DNA from: Phallusia mammillata
Taxonomy: Eukaryota
Length of the DNA stretch: 64,000 nt
Assembly (NCBI GenBank): GCA_965637545.1
Contig: OZ281496.1
Location: 26,040,001 to 26,104,000 of the forward strand
Reading direction: 5' to 3'
This document shows positions 26,101 to 41,100 of this stretch, in pieces. The first letter of the stretch is position 1. Each line of letters starts with the position of its first letter. The notes below the pieces were generated by a model. It saw only the letters and a list, made by a program, of their open reading frames with translations. It searched no databases and was not told the origin of the DNA. The translations under genes and the position numbers were made by a program.

Positions 26101-29100
26101 TTAGCCCCACAATAAACTGTGACTCGTCAATTTTTACCGTACCTCGATCTGTGCATGACTCAGCTTGGACGGATCAACACCAATACTTTGTAAAGTGAGA
26201 GCAGTCAGTTTGCCAAGTTCTGTCTTATTGTCAATCTCTTTAGCCAAAGATTCAGCCACATCTAAAGAACATAAGGTTTTAATATGTGTAGGAACTAGGT
26301 AATTACTTGGTAGGCCTGTTTAACTGCACTGGCAGAGCTTGTATTTATCAATGCAAGTTTAGTTATATTAAGGCAAATAAAATTTGTTCTGTATCCATAC
26401 ATTGCGGACAATAAACATAGACGAGAAAATAGGGTACAGACTACAAAAATTGGTTACCTATGTGCACAGCAAGTTCTGCATGTGTTTTAGGAAACTTAAT
26501 TAAAAAATCCAGAATGTACGAAGTGTGGCTAATAGTACGTCCTACAACCAAAAATTAAACACATTGTAATGTCCAGCTCCTACACCCAGCGGGGAGACGG
26601 GAAAATTCTTAACGAATCATTACGTTACCTGTGCCTTCGGTGGATGAGGTGTGTTCACGTTGCACTTGTTTGGATGAGACGAGAGACAAAGGTCCGGGCG
26701 AGGGTAGATGGGATTTCACAGGATTTTGGTCTTGATTGACAGTTTGATTTTGGTCTTGATTGACAGTCTGACGAAGATCAGGCGAATGCACGATGGTCTT
26801 GTTTTGATCTTTAAAAAGTGAATTAGAAATCATATCATAACATTTTACCAAGATGTTTTTTCGGTTTGAAGACATGATAGTCACTGATTAGTTGCAGAGC
26901 TAAACCCAAAATGCTCTTCAGTCCAAAATATATACCATTCAATTTTTTTCAAAACAGCGCCAGTGAGCAAAAAAGAACTGTAATCTAATTGTATTACAGA
27001 TAATACCCTACAGTAGTACACTAAACATATTACAATATACACACCGAGATTGTTAGGAACAGTTTCTGTAACTCAAACCTACTTGGATACAAAATATGCG
27101 ATGACGAAGCCACAGCTTTGGCCGCAATCGCCTTTGCCGCTGCGACCACACTATCTTCTTCCTCATACCGTCGACCGATGACGTCATGTGACGCACGTGA
27201 AAGGTCATTTCCGTTGGAGGGCGCTATACCGTTTACGTCAACAAGAGGTGACGTCGTGGCCCGAAAATTTTCGCTTAAATCTTGAACTGTTTTTGTGTCC
27301 TTGTCTTCGGGCACGGAGCAGTCCATTGATAAATTCTGTACGCTAGGGGATTCCCCGTCCGGTGCGGCACCTTCTGTTATTTTTACGGGGCCGTTGGCAA
27401 GCGCGTGTTGCTCGTTTGTGGGCGGAGCAGCGTCGTTTGCAGGTTGAACGGCATCAGGCAATGGAAGAGAAGGTTCAGTGTTTTCTTCAGCGGGAGAAAC
27501 ATTATCTGAAACATTGGCTTTGTCTTCAGTATTTGGGGTTTCATTTTCCACTTGGGCAAGGTCCTCAGTGGGTGTGAGAATTCGGTCCGTGGTTTCAACT
27601 TTCATTTTCTCTACCGGAGCTTGGTCAGGTTCAGGTTTTTCTACTTCTTGTTCGATTTCAGTTTTTACTTCACTTTTGACGTCTGTAGGTTTTTCTTCAG
27701 GTTCTTCATCGCTCATTTCTCCCTCGTCATCAATCCATCCTCCACTTTCGAGCCCTTCAACGTAAACCTGCAGAATAGAAACATTTTTTGTAAAATCTCA
27801 AATAAAAATACATACTGATTTGTTTATTAGATGTTGGCCCGAAGTTTCAGCAGACATCCTTATTTTGTTTCACATAATTATTACCATTGTGGCCAATCAA
27901 GTATGTATTTCATACTGAAAAATACGCGAACTATTTCCGAGCAGGAAAAGGTATTTTATGAAAAGAACAAGTATTTTAATTCTCTTCAACGTTTTACTGT
28001 ACTTGGTACCATCGTTTTACTCTCCGCCATTTATTGAAAATTCACAAACACTTAAAACCTCAACTTTAATTTAAAATAATACAAATTAAATACTACAGAT
28101 TTGTCTGGGACGACAACTTTCACGCAAACTCTTGAAGAACTAAAGCCGAAAACACCTAAAAGCGAAAGTTTAAGGTAAAGAGTGGGTGCATCGGAATAAG
28201 TATTACAAATCTCACTAACGTTTTGCTTTATTAAGCTCAAAAATTCGCAATGTTAAAAAGCACAAGCGCTTTAACCACCTAATATTGGAATGGACACGAA
28301 AATAAAAGTATATTGGTCTTACCCCACCGACGTTAGAAAGTACCCAATATCTTCGCTTATATCGGTCCTGGCCAAGGTCTAAAGCTCTCAGTGGCTTGGA
28401 ACTTACAAACATCTTCTCATTAAAGGCTTGATGCTCCTACAATACAATAAGAAGTCGGATATAAGAAAGAAGCACTGAGGTGAATAGGAAACAACCGTGC
28501 AGTTCCAAACCTTAGTGAGTTTTTTCATTTTTTTCTCCATCGGTGTTTCGGTTTTAATGCATTTGCTTTCGGATGAACTTTGGTTCTGTTTACAAACACA
28601 AGAATTGTTTTTAAAGCTGTATTAATTTTAAAAAAACATTGGCGGATGTTTGCAAGTTTTGGAAATTTTTGGTCGGGCCAAGCGTCACTGGTCACATAAG
28701 GATTGTATAAATTGAAAAATACTATAGGCTGGTACTAAATACGTAAAATACTAAATAACCATGTGCTGGTAGACTTTAATGTTCTTTTTAATATCTTAGA
28801 ATTTTCAGGACTGATGATGCCATGTTGTTTATGGCAAAATCGATATCAACTAATTGTTTAGTTATAGGATAGTTACAGACTGATTAAGTTTCCGCTGTGA
28901 TGGGGGGAATACAAATGTTTTGAGTTGTCAAAGGAGGAATTCATGGAAAAAACGGGTAAAAAAGATTGCTTACAGAATCGTCGTCGGTGGCCTTGGCCGA
29001 ATCCTTTTCGTCTCTGTCTTCTGTCTCGCCGCTGATTGGCTGACGTAGCTTGACACGTGACTTAAGCGGCGAATTAGAAGACGCATCGCTTCCGTCGTTG

Positions 29101-32100
29101 GCATGTTCCACCCGGGCTCTGTAGCAACGAGATTAGAATCGATTGTGATGATTATTCAACAGTCTCATTTAGCTAATGACACAGGAAGGTCGTACGTGTC
29201 ATCAGTTGCATATTTTATTGCCTAATTACATTGAAGTGAAATTTACGTAACGTATTCCAAATATCAACGGGTATTTTTGTAAGGCAAGTCCAAGAGCATT
29301 TCTCAAAAATAAAGGGCAAATATTAAAATATATGTTTGTCTTTTATAAGAAAGCTAACAAATTTTAACCTGGAATTAAACGTTTCCAAACTTGTGGTAAT
29401 TGTATAATATGACAGTTGGATATCGTTACAGCAAAATGATTGAAAACTAGAATGGTGGCTTTCTGATATACTTCCATTTTATATCTTTTATACGATATTT
29501 ACCAATTTACTATACACATCATTTGATCTACACATATGATTGTTTTTGTAAACAAAAACTAATGGGTCCCCACATGCGTGTTTGTGCGGAGTTACGGTAA
29601 ACAAATGTTGCGGTGATTTTTAAATTCTTAAGAACAAATTTTTAGAAAGCGTTAACAAAACAATGAAAAATTTTGTTGTATTTTTTGGCACTATTATTGT
29701 CGTATAATTACAAAAACATTAAAAAAGAACGAAACAAATACTTTCAATTTAATCTCTTGCTTTGACCCAGATATTGTCGTCCAAGGTCGGGTTTTAAACA
29801 CAATTTTTTCTAGAAAGCTGTAACAGTTGTGTTACAGACAATTAAAAAGCGATTTGCCGCAAGTGTATACATCATTTAACTTTGTTTCGCAAAACGAGTT
29901 TTTCATTTAACTTTGTTTCGCAAAATGAGTACCATTGACCTGTAGGAACCTTTAGGGTGCACACACCAAACGACTGTTTGACCTTTTGACACCGTTTTCA
30001 ATAGCACGCCGTCCTTGGTGTTCAACAACACCGTTTGACCTAATTTATACATGCCTTGAGTATTTGATTAAAAAAAAACAAAAAAAAACGCTACGTGATG
30101 GCGAAAGAAAGTTCTGAACTGTGTTAGTAATACCTACTAATTGACCTTAAGTAACCCGCGGCCAACCTGACAACGAGCATTTAAAAAACTTTTATCTTGC
30201 AAAAAAGTCAAGTTTATTTTTTCATATTTAGTTTGTTTAACAAAGTTTTGCTTGACATTATACGAAACCGAAGCACGCTTATTAGGTTTAAATCGCGTCA
30301 TATGTGTGAAACCTTTGCCAAAACTGAAAATGTGAGTGATAACTTAATAAAACGACATAGCATTGCTGTGCAAAACAGCTGATTTCTAATCACCGAAACG
30401 ACGTCTCGTAAAACGTCTGTCCGACGTCAAGCTGAGCCCTCCCGCTCTGCCCTATTATTCGTAAACGTACTCTCTTGGGACTTCTGCCTACAGTGTCTTT
30501 CTTGACCAAACGAGCGTTAGACACATTTACGTTTCGGGGGCCTGTGGGTGTGTCGCTGGGTCATTCGGGGTCAAACTTCAGGTGGACCAAGTTCAGATTA
30601 ATATGTAACATATGTCCAAATTTCAATAAATTTGAAGCACTCTTTCTTTACTAAACAAGCGTTACAAACCAGCGTTAAAAATTTTACGTCTCGGGGGCCT
30701 GTGGGTGAACCGCTGGGTAATTTGGGGTCAAACTTCTGGTGGACCAAGTTTGAATTAATATCTAACATATGTCCAAATTTCAATAAATTTAAAGCACGCT
30801 TTCTTCACTAAACGAGCGTTACAGACCAGCGTTAAAAATTTTACGTTTCGGGGGCCTGTGGGTGAACCGCTGGGTAATTTGGGGTCAAACTTCAGGTGGA
30901 CCAAGTTTGGATTAATATCTAACATATGTCCAAATTTGAATAAATTTGAAGCACTCTTTCTTGACCAAACGAGCGTTACAAACCAGCGTTAGACAGAAAA
31001 AAGAAAAAAGAAAAAAGAAAAAAGAAAAAAGAAAAAAGAAAAAAGAAAAAAAGAAAAAAAAAATACGGACAAAAACAATATGTGTCCCCTTCAGGGAAGG
31101 GGACCCATAATAAATCAATTTATTACAATTTAAAATTCTTTAGGTAAAACGTGTTTTAAACTTTAAGTCGTTTTTAGTTTTTACAGATATTTAAAATACT
31201 TTTTGTCACCAAAACTGGTTAAATGTTTTTTTACCAACCCTGAAAAAACAGAACACATTTACAGGACTTTTGTAAACCATCAGAAACAACAAATTACAGA
31301 GATATTTTTGCTCTATAAAATATTTTTATCCTAAAAAATCCCCTTGAAAAAGGAAACTTACTGGCGAATTTTTCCTTCCACCACCCATTTGTCTCTGCGT
31401 AGTGAAGCTAGTTTTTCAAGATGTCGGTCGATATCAGCACAAACCGGTTGGCTACACACGAGTTCATTAACCAGAAACGCCAGGATTTCAGCCTTCTGAT
31501 CCCCGCTAAGTGAAGGGAAGGGTCTGGTCTCCAAGCAGAGGGCAAGCTGAAAAAATGCCAAAATTAAAACCCCGGTTTTGTTTTACTATTTTATGAGGCC
31601 GTGACTTTGGCTAATTCACTTTAAGTGCGCTGTAACACTATATACGTGTTATACATACGATGTCTATATCAACGCTACTCAACCTGGCGTACAGTAGACC
31701 CAAGGGTGTACTACAACAGTCACAGGGGTGTATTGGTATGGGTACCAAGCGTTTCTTAGGGGTTACACACATGTTAGTTACCAAATTAAGAAGTATAGCT
31801 GTGAGTAATTTGCAGGGTACAAATGATAATTCGCGTATCGCCATTTAACAACAGTTTTTAGGTTAAGTGTGATTTTTCAGAAATGTTGTATTCAAAACGC
31901 TTGGTTGGATTTGACAGCAGGTAAAAAGGTCGGATGGCAACAAACCTCGGTCTTATGTCCGTTTCGAGCCCATAAGAAAAGCCGCAAAATTTCAGAGTAA
32001 TTGCTTTTGCTCACATCAACATCAGTCACTTTCACACCAGTTGCACAATGAAGCTGAAGATGAAAATACATTGTAGTAAACACAGATGCCAAAAATACTT

Positions 32101-35100
32101 TTTACTTGTGCGCTTGCCCAGTTAGCATAAAGCCAAGCAAAGTTTTCGGGCAAAAACATTGACCTTTTTTGATAGTTTTGGGGTCACTCCGGTTTTGCAT
32201 TCGCAACGTGACTTTTCTGAGACGCTTTAATACAGCTTATAACAACACATTCAGTATTGAATGCACGTGGTTTAGGACGCTTTCTATATGCACAGTTTTA
32301 TTAACTACACATATGTGTTTATTGATTAGGCAGATTTTGTTTTCTGGTAAATTAACATGCATGGGCATGCCAAATATGAACGGTTATAGAGAGAAAGCGT
32401 TGTATGATTCTTCATTTAAAACGTGGATTTTGACTGAACCTTTGTCGTTACTTCACACGACGCTTTAGCCTCTTTTAGTCTCTTAAGGCCTCGCCAAACT
32501 ATACATCGAAATGTAAGATTCTGAAGACTAAAAAATTTGGTACTGTGGCTTATATTTTTTAGCTCCTATAGCCTTGTTATCAACATCAACAAGATATTTC
32601 ACTTTGACCAAACACTTACCCAAGGTCCAGGTGCTGGGACACCAGGGTCACACAGACACTGATGTAGCAAGGCCATGGTTAGTTGTACAAGAGATCCGGT
32701 GTGTTCAGGATCATTGAGAAGTCCCCGCTGAAGTTGCTCAAATGTTGGGATCACTGACTCGTCTGTGGTGGTGAAATAGTGGATAATAGACACAAAATAT
32801 ACGCTTTCGAGTACGTGCTTATGGATAAACAATAGGTGGTACATTCAGATAGGATAAACATTCATAACTAACAAGAGTTTTCCGGGGCCGGCGCTTTACC
32901 AACTGAGCTACACAGGCTTAGTGGTGAACCCGCCGAAAAGTGGAATCACAAGCACCGTTGCATGCCTTGTATGCGCACATGTTGTAGTAGGGGATCGCCA
33001 GTTCGACTTTATTGATATTTATAACTCGAACTACGGTAGGCAGTTCATTGTGAACACATCAGTTTCCCTACCTAGCAGTATGGCATCTTTGAAAGTAATA
33101 AGAAACTCCAGGACCATAAGCACATCGGCAGTTGCGTTTCCACTCAGCTGTGTCCATCTGCCCGAGTTCTTTTGTTCGTCGATCGTACCTGAATTCCCAA
33201 CAAATGTAAATTGTTAGTTGGGATTGCAATACTAGTATTTGCCGTTGCGCAATGACTTCTAACATTGGTGTCGGTGTTTGTTTAAATCTCTGTTTTGCAA
33301 TGTGATTGCCATATCCCATAGGAGGCAAGCTATGGGAAATGGGCCTGACTAACCAAATTGGAGTTTCCTTTATGTTTGTATCACTGACTTTCAAGTAAAC
33401 TACGTACACGTATCACGTGCATAATAACACAATAATCTCGGTCCATCCGGACCCGTTTAGACCAAAAACAATTGATAAGGCGAAGATCCAATTAAATGAT
33501 GTCGATTAGTTCAAGCCTTAGCACATTACAAATCATTTGTACCTCGAGCTTGTCCGAATTAGACGAAGATCTGAATTAACCGAATCCGGGTTAACCGAGA
33601 CTTACTGCGTTAAGTTTAAGTTAAGCCCTATATGTTTAAAGAGTTTGTATTTTCACCCATACTAATCAATAGGTATGAGTGTTGCTCACAAAGTATGGCA
33701 AACCCTAGCACGCGTGCATAGGTTTGCACTCCAGGTGATTTTTTCATGGCACTTTAATCGATTTGTGTGTTTATTCTGAAGTACTAATTTAAACAGTCAC
33801 ATCGCTTGTTTTCAGTTGTTTATCATTCAATTGTCTTAAAATCCAATCTACACGCACAAATCTATTTGCTTTCTGTTTACTGTGGACATCATGCAGCTGG
33901 CATAAACAACTATTACTCAGAAAAATGTTGGCACGCGAAGTCATTACCTCATGGAATAACAAGTAAATTGGCACGCGTCGCTTCAAAGGTTGCCGATCCC
34001 CTGATCGCCAAAATGCGGTGTAACAATTTAGTACATTTTCTATTCCCGACCCCTAAGATTAATCCGCCATTGTATCACCATGTTACCTTGCAAGTTCCCC
34101 AAATGTGGAAGCGGCTGGTGGCTCTTCAGTTTCATGTCCTCCACTGGCATCTTCAGCTCCCTGGCAAGTTTCATCGCTCTTCTCCGTTGCTCCAACTTCC
34201 TCTCACGAATGTAGATCTTTTCATTGCGGAGCTCCTCCCTCCTCCTGTCCCTCTCCTCCGCTCTTCTCTTCGTCTCGATGTTCTTCAGGAGGATAAGATG
34301 TTGGCGACGGCGTTCTCGCTCCTGGGATGGAGATGAAAAGTACATCGCCGTCAACTGTTCAGCCTTAGCAAGAGATACAAGCGCTGGTGGTTTAAACGGG
34401 GGGATTTGGGAGAGGACACATAAGTTTGTTTGGGGGTTAGTAATACGTACAAAGGTCGGAAGAGTTTATGAATTTTGGAGGCGAAAAGGAAAGTTTATGA
34501 AATATGCCTGGCAGCAATATATTTGTTTGGAGATGTTGACTACAAACGGAAGCGTAATGAAATCTGTGGGTGCCGAATTGCATGCAAGCCACATCAGAAG
34601 TTTGTTTGGGGATAAGTGATGGTAAAAACGTCGGACAAGTTTATACAATTAGGGGCTGAGCAGGAAGAAAAGTTTATAATATTCCTGGCAACAATGTACG
34701 GGTCTCGGGAAGTTGACTAAAAATGGTATCTGACTGAAATATTTTAAGTACGGGATTACATGCTACCCAAGAGACTAGCTCAGTGTATTTTAACCTTGTT
34801 TGAGCCGCCGAAGACTTGCAATAAAATCTTGCGGAACACCAAACGAAATGTTACAATGATGCGATTAAACAACACACTACACTACTGTATTGTACTTAAG
34901 TCGTAACAAGCATATGCAGTTATTCTTGCTTTTGGACAACAAATCATTTAAACTGGTAACAGCGGGCATTTTTGGCGGAAAACCTCCTGACGATATTTAA
35001 TGAAACACCGGTTGAAAATTAAATAAGGACAAAACAAAAGTAAATGAGGCTCTTAATACCGACTTGCAATGTGGCTGGATTAAAAATAATACCTTAAACG

Positions 35101-38100
35101 GTACGTATAGGAATCCACTGCAACATTATCTTATTTAAAACTGACTTTTTTGTAAAACACTATAGGCTACACCAGGGGTGGGCAACCTTTTTTACTGTGG
35201 GGCCAATTACAATTGTCAAAAATAGATCGCGGGCCGCACCTGTTATAACACAAGGTGATTTTACTTCGTTGCTTACAAATATGCTCAAATATAAGTATAA
35301 TTCGCATTTGATTCTAGCCACATTTTGCCAGGTCGCAGAAAACTGGCATCAGGCGCATTAATCTGCTTAAAAATATATAATAGTTCGTCTCGTTTGCCGG
35401 TACATTTGAAATCTAAGCGTCTCGGCGGGTCGCACAACCTTGAATCAAGGGCCGGAGGTTGCCCACACCTGGGCTACACGGATCTGTTTATAAGTTTAAT
35501 GACGAATATAACAGCACGAATAGACGTAAAAAGCAATCTGCTTTATTGTTCAAACGTTCGGCAAATGCCTAATGCCATCATTAAAGGTGTGATATGTTTG
35601 AACAACAAAGCATGTCGTTTTTAAATTCTGCTGTTTTATTCGTCATTTGGGCTGTTATTTTCGTCATTAGATTTTTTCAAGTTTAACATGTTCTTTAAGA
35701 CTAATAGAACAAGTTAAATACCTTGGGGTCTTGAAATTTAAAAACTTATATATACCTGTTGCTTAAACATGAGAGCTTGCTGTCTTTGCATCTCACGTTC
35801 CTGTAAAATTCAGCAAAAGCCTATTTAATTGTCTCAAGAAGTTTTGAAACTTTGAGCTTCGTTCAAATTTTGAAATTTCGTATGAAGAAGTTTAAAGGAA
35901 AGCGAGAACATACCTTAGCTTTCCGCAATGCCTCCTGGTATTTCATCTGCCTCGCCGCTTCTAGTTTTTGCCTTTCCTTTAACACAAACGACGTGTGTTT
36001 ACTATCAAAACTTTATCAATTATGGATCTAGTAAAAATGGAAACAAACCATTTTAACCCTGTTACATTCAATTTTTATAATAAACATTTGTCCGATTCTG
36101 GTGCATAATCGAATGCGTAGAGGATTTCACCCGAAATTAAAGCCTTTGGACTTTACCAGCATACTATACCGTTTACATATTTGAGATACGTTCGCAAACA
36201 TACTTGATTGCATCACCAAATGCAAATACGTACATGGTATATTTTCACAAATTCTTGGGCAGGCCCTAATACCCAGGTAGAAACACCTTTGAACGAACTA
36301 ACCTCAAGTAACTGTCTTTCCCGTAGTTCTCTCTCCGCCTTTTGTTGTTCAAGTCTCTGTTGTCGTTCCTTTTGCCGCAGAAGCTTCGCCAATCTTCGCT
36401 GTTCGTTCTTCTGTTGCAGCTTTAACTCGGCTGCACCCAACACATGTAAATGGCGTTAGTTGCACAAAAGCAAAATATTTAAGTGTTGCACCGTTTGTAT
36501 GCCTAGGATTAGAAGACGGTTACTTGTGACAACTACACCTACCTTTAATGCAACTGCACCTAAATAAAAAAATCAGAGCAAACACTCAAGTTGGATGCTT
36601 TGAAACAAAAAATCTGCGGATTAACCAGAGTTATAAGTCGGGTCGGGTTCGGGCTTTGTATTTTTACAAACATGTATGATTCGGGCTTGATTTCACATTA
36701 TGTGTCAGTAATTGTTTCAAATACAAATTACTGCAGCTAGTTTCTGGATATAACGTAATACCCAACATCCTTAACACGTCATTATTGTCTATTATTGTCC
36801 ATTGTGTAGGTCTTGTTTATAATAGGCCAGTCAATCAGGGCCCTAACGAGCTCCTCAAAAACGTCTCGGGTTCGGGTCGGGCTTATTCTTTCGGGTTCGA
36901 ACTCGAATTTCGAACCGGCCTACAACCCCTTGCTAAACAACGCATCCTAATGGCACAAATTTAAACTTGAAAAGCTAAAGCAAGTGCCTTTTGCGGTAAC
37001 TTCACGCAGCGTTTCAAACAAACTTAACGAAAGTTCAATTTTAAAAGGTTATAGCTTTTACATGTGTAACACCCGGATATGTGACATCAAAATCATATTT
37101 GGCCAAACACCAAACAGAAAACAGTAAAACAAAATACACTTGAGCACATCCCTTAATTTTAATCCCAATGCCTACCAGCTTGCTTCATGGCCTTCTGCCC
37201 AGCTTCTCGAAAGCAATGGTCTTCCAGCAGCTTCTGTGCATTCTGACTTAACGACGATCTATAGATTATATATAACCAATAAGACGAAGGTGTCGTTAAA
37301 CCCTCTATGACGCGCTTAGGCCTGCTAACTTATTCAAAGAAAAAAATTATAAAAGTACGTAATACAATATTACCTGTCGTGTCTATCATCGGTTTCAGAA
37401 TCTTCTGATTCGTAAACACCCAAACTTTCATCGAGTTTGGCAAAATACTTTTCAGCGTCTGGCGGGTTCAATTTTTTCCACTTGAAAAAAAAACACATAT
37501 AAATGGCACAAACAATACATTTACCCAGTTTTCCCGAAATTAATTTAAGTACAACCCTTCTATTTGGGCTTCCGTATTGTGTTACTGCTTATAATACGTC
37601 TTATGTTACTCAACGCACATACAACATCAAATAAAAACAGAATTTAACGTTTAAACATTAGTTTTTCAGAAAGAAGTCCAGCAACTCAAATACTTTTTTC
37701 AATTAGACGTATGAAATGGGTTAAATGACTCTGGTATAATATTAAGCACCTGTTCGTCTTCCCCGGGTGAAGGTCTGTGATAAAACGATCCGATTCGTAC
37801 GTTAGCAGCGAAACTGAAGTGATGCTGGCCAAATTTCGACTCGTTGCCATCGCTCAAGAGCTGCAAGGAATATGTATACCAAATATTTTAAATATTGAAC
37901 AGCTGTAAAAGGTATAAGTACGTTAGGCCCTTAGAAGGCGTTAAACTGAATCAGTCGGTCACCGAGCATTCCAATGTGACAAGGTGTAGGCTAGAAAAAA
38001 CTAGCCTGCGGTGGGATTCGAACCCACGACGGGAGTCTTTCTGGGACTCGCTCTCTACCCACTGAGCTACGCAGGCTCAGTGACAAACCCACCGAAAGTC

Positions 38101-41100
38101 GAATCACAAGCAACGTTGCTTGCCTCGTATGCTGCACATGTCAGCTTCGTACTATAGGGGTCGCCAGATTGACCAGTATCAGTTAAGATGAACATAAATT
38201 CATAACTGGGATCAGACCTTAAGCGTCGCCTATGAAATTATGTTCATCTTAATTAATTCAAACTTCCTTATATATATAGTGGACATAGCAACAAATACAA
38301 CACCTGAATAACGTCTTTCATAGAAGAAAGCTCATTCCCACCAGGAGATATGTACATAACTTCACTGGTCAAGTTACCTTCCGTGCCAGTAAAACGGACC
38401 TACAAAAAATTTAAACTCAAGATAAACAGCACAAGTTTTTTCTGTTGATATAAAGTTACCTCTCGAGTCCATCCAAGCTGCAAAGGTTCCTTTAGTTCAA
38501 CTTCGTTTGAGAGAAGACGTCTTCGTTTACGTTGTGGTTTATCTGAAATAAAATGCATTTACTAACTACAAATTCTCTGATAGTTTTGTCTCGATCAAAC
38601 TGTTTAGAGCTGCGTCGAGTGATGAAGTGGCAAGTGACTAGGGATGCGCCGAGCCGAGCCAGAACCCGAGTGCTCGGTACCGAGCATCGCTGTTTTTGAT
38701 GCTCGGTGCTCGGCCGAGCAGTTGCACAAACTGACCCGAGCGTTAAATTTGCATATTCATGCCCTGCTAACATAGGTAACTAGTGTTTTAAGGGTATTCA
38801 AGAAAAAAATGAATGATTTTTCAAATGTATTAGATGGTGGAAAAACGCGTTCTTTATGGGCATGTACAGCTCAATAAAACACCGCCGGTGACGTAAGAGA
38901 CCTTGTAGGGCTAAAACGTAGAAAGGGGATTTTTTTGTGACGTCATAATGGACCGAGCGTGCTCGGCCGAGTACCGAGCATTAAAGTGAGAGGCTCGGTG
39001 CTCGACCAAACAGAACATTTGCAGTTTTGGCACATCCCTACAAGTGACCATAACTTTAAATTTAATTTTAAGATCGCATGAAAAGTTTTGAAACAATTAA
39101 GGCTATATATAAACGGATGTGCTGATCTCTGATTGCTACAGGCTGTTGCTCAAATACTTTTGATTAGACGTCTTTGTGCTTCTTATCTGTGCGTTTGTTG
39201 TGTCGTTGTTGGCGTTTACGCCCCTTGTTGTTTTGTTCATTTTTGTTTTGCGGTTTTTTCCTTTGAAGTGTTGCATAGAATGTCGGTTAAAGAAGTACAT
39301 TTGCCCGAAATGCATTTTTCAGTTAATACAACTAAGATTATTAAAGAAAATTCCTTTTTTTAAAAATTACGTTGGTTTTTAAAAATTTAATTTTAAAAAA
39401 ACTTACGTTGGTGCGTTTGCTTTTTAAGATTTCATAAAGCAAAATAATAGCAGTCCGTGGGATTTAATATTACAAGTTGATTGAACAAAAAAACCAAAAA
39501 ACGAGACGTGATTAATCTCACTTTTATCGTCACAACATTATGGGTCTTTTTCATTAAAGTGTTTCGTGCGGTGGCTGCGTAATTAGGACCAAATCCCACT
39601 AGCACTTACAGTTACATCTGGAAGTCTTTCAAAGGGCGGCCCTACATTACATTTGTCACCAGTCAAGAAAGAAAGCCCATTATAGAGCAGTGAGCGACTG
39701 TGCAAGATCACATGTGAAAGTGTATGATTTATCGGTTTTAGGACTGCAGTCCCTTGGGCGCCGAACAATGCCAAAAGTTCAGGCTAGGCGATGGCCCTTA
39801 CCAATTTCATGCATTATTTATAGGCGACGAATTCGACACCATTGCAACGAGCAGGTATTACTTACATGAAGCTATGTCGTCCGTACGCACCGCCTCCCCA
39901 TCTGAAGAACTGCGGCCAAAATTCGATCGATCATTCGACGTCTTGTTACCTGAAACAGGAAAGGGAGGTGTTATGCAAATGAGTGGAAGACACGATTGCC
40001 TTAATATATTTTTTCGTTTGCAATTGCGTAAGCGATTATATCATACAAATGTAATACATTGTCTAAGCAACTGGCGGATGGCAAAAGGACCATATATTGT
40101 AGGTAATAAGTCAACCACCCTTAATACACAAAAGCTTTAGCCAGTTTCTTTGATGGAATGCTGATTTTAGATAAAACTTGTTTTTTCGCAACGCTTCTTT
40201 GAATAATTGTCCCCTCTTTTCCTACTTCAGCTTCTGCTTTTATTTTCGTTTCAAACGGCTTTACTCAAGCTTAAGAGTGATACCGGTGTTGTTTAAACGT
40301 CTCTAGCTTGAGTTTTGTCCTGTTTTTTATCTGTGTTTTTTTTTTCATTTAAAGTGATTTACTTGTAACTGACAATGATTAAACCTATTCTGAATGTTAC
40401 GGGGCCCTTCTAGGCTAATTAGAAAAGTTAAAAACGACTGTCGATCCACAAAAGACGAGGAACCTCGATGAGCACCTGTTTTAATTTGTATTCTTTTGTT
40501 TGGTTTGATACAAAAACTTAGAAAATGGTGTGTTTTCAGTTAATGAAAATACAAAGTTTCATACCTTTATCGTGCTCTCTGTCGCGAAACTCATCACCTG
40601 AGTGTGTCGGTTGCGCCTTAAAGAAAAAATGAAAAGTTACTAAAAATACTCATGATAAAAATACAGAAATCAACTTCCACCCATTGCTTGGTAGATGAAG
40701 ATTATCATGAAGCTTATAGCAGTAGTTTTTAGTTTAAAAAAGAACATTGAGGCATTCTTTTGTTAGGAAATATAACGGTCCAAATAGATGTAAAAAAATG
40801 CTTTATTATTCGAAATTTTCGGCAAATGCTAAAGCCATTAACAGTGATATTAAGGCTTTTGCACATTTTTGTTCATTTCAAAAATAGCATCAATCTATTT
40901 GGATGAAATATTGACGATGCTGTTGAAGCGAAATACTTATACCAATACGCATACGTAATTTGTTCCGCATTTTGTGATAATCTGTGTGTTTTCTTAATAA
41001 TCGTTGGGTTCTATGCAATTAAACTGATTTTGCGTTTAACCGGATTCGTCTGACTTATTGTTGCCGTGTACTTAAATCTACAAAAACATGTTACTAAATC

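Noticed and set aside
26730-26772. 21-bp in-frame tandem duplication in a BAZ2 exon (QTVNQDQN x2)
   Set aside because: Ordinary slippage in a low-complexity linker.
38003-38076. Functional tRNA-Ser(AGA) gene
   Set aside because: C instead of U33, an insertion in the D stem, no long variable arm, and a related copy with a different anticodon arm.
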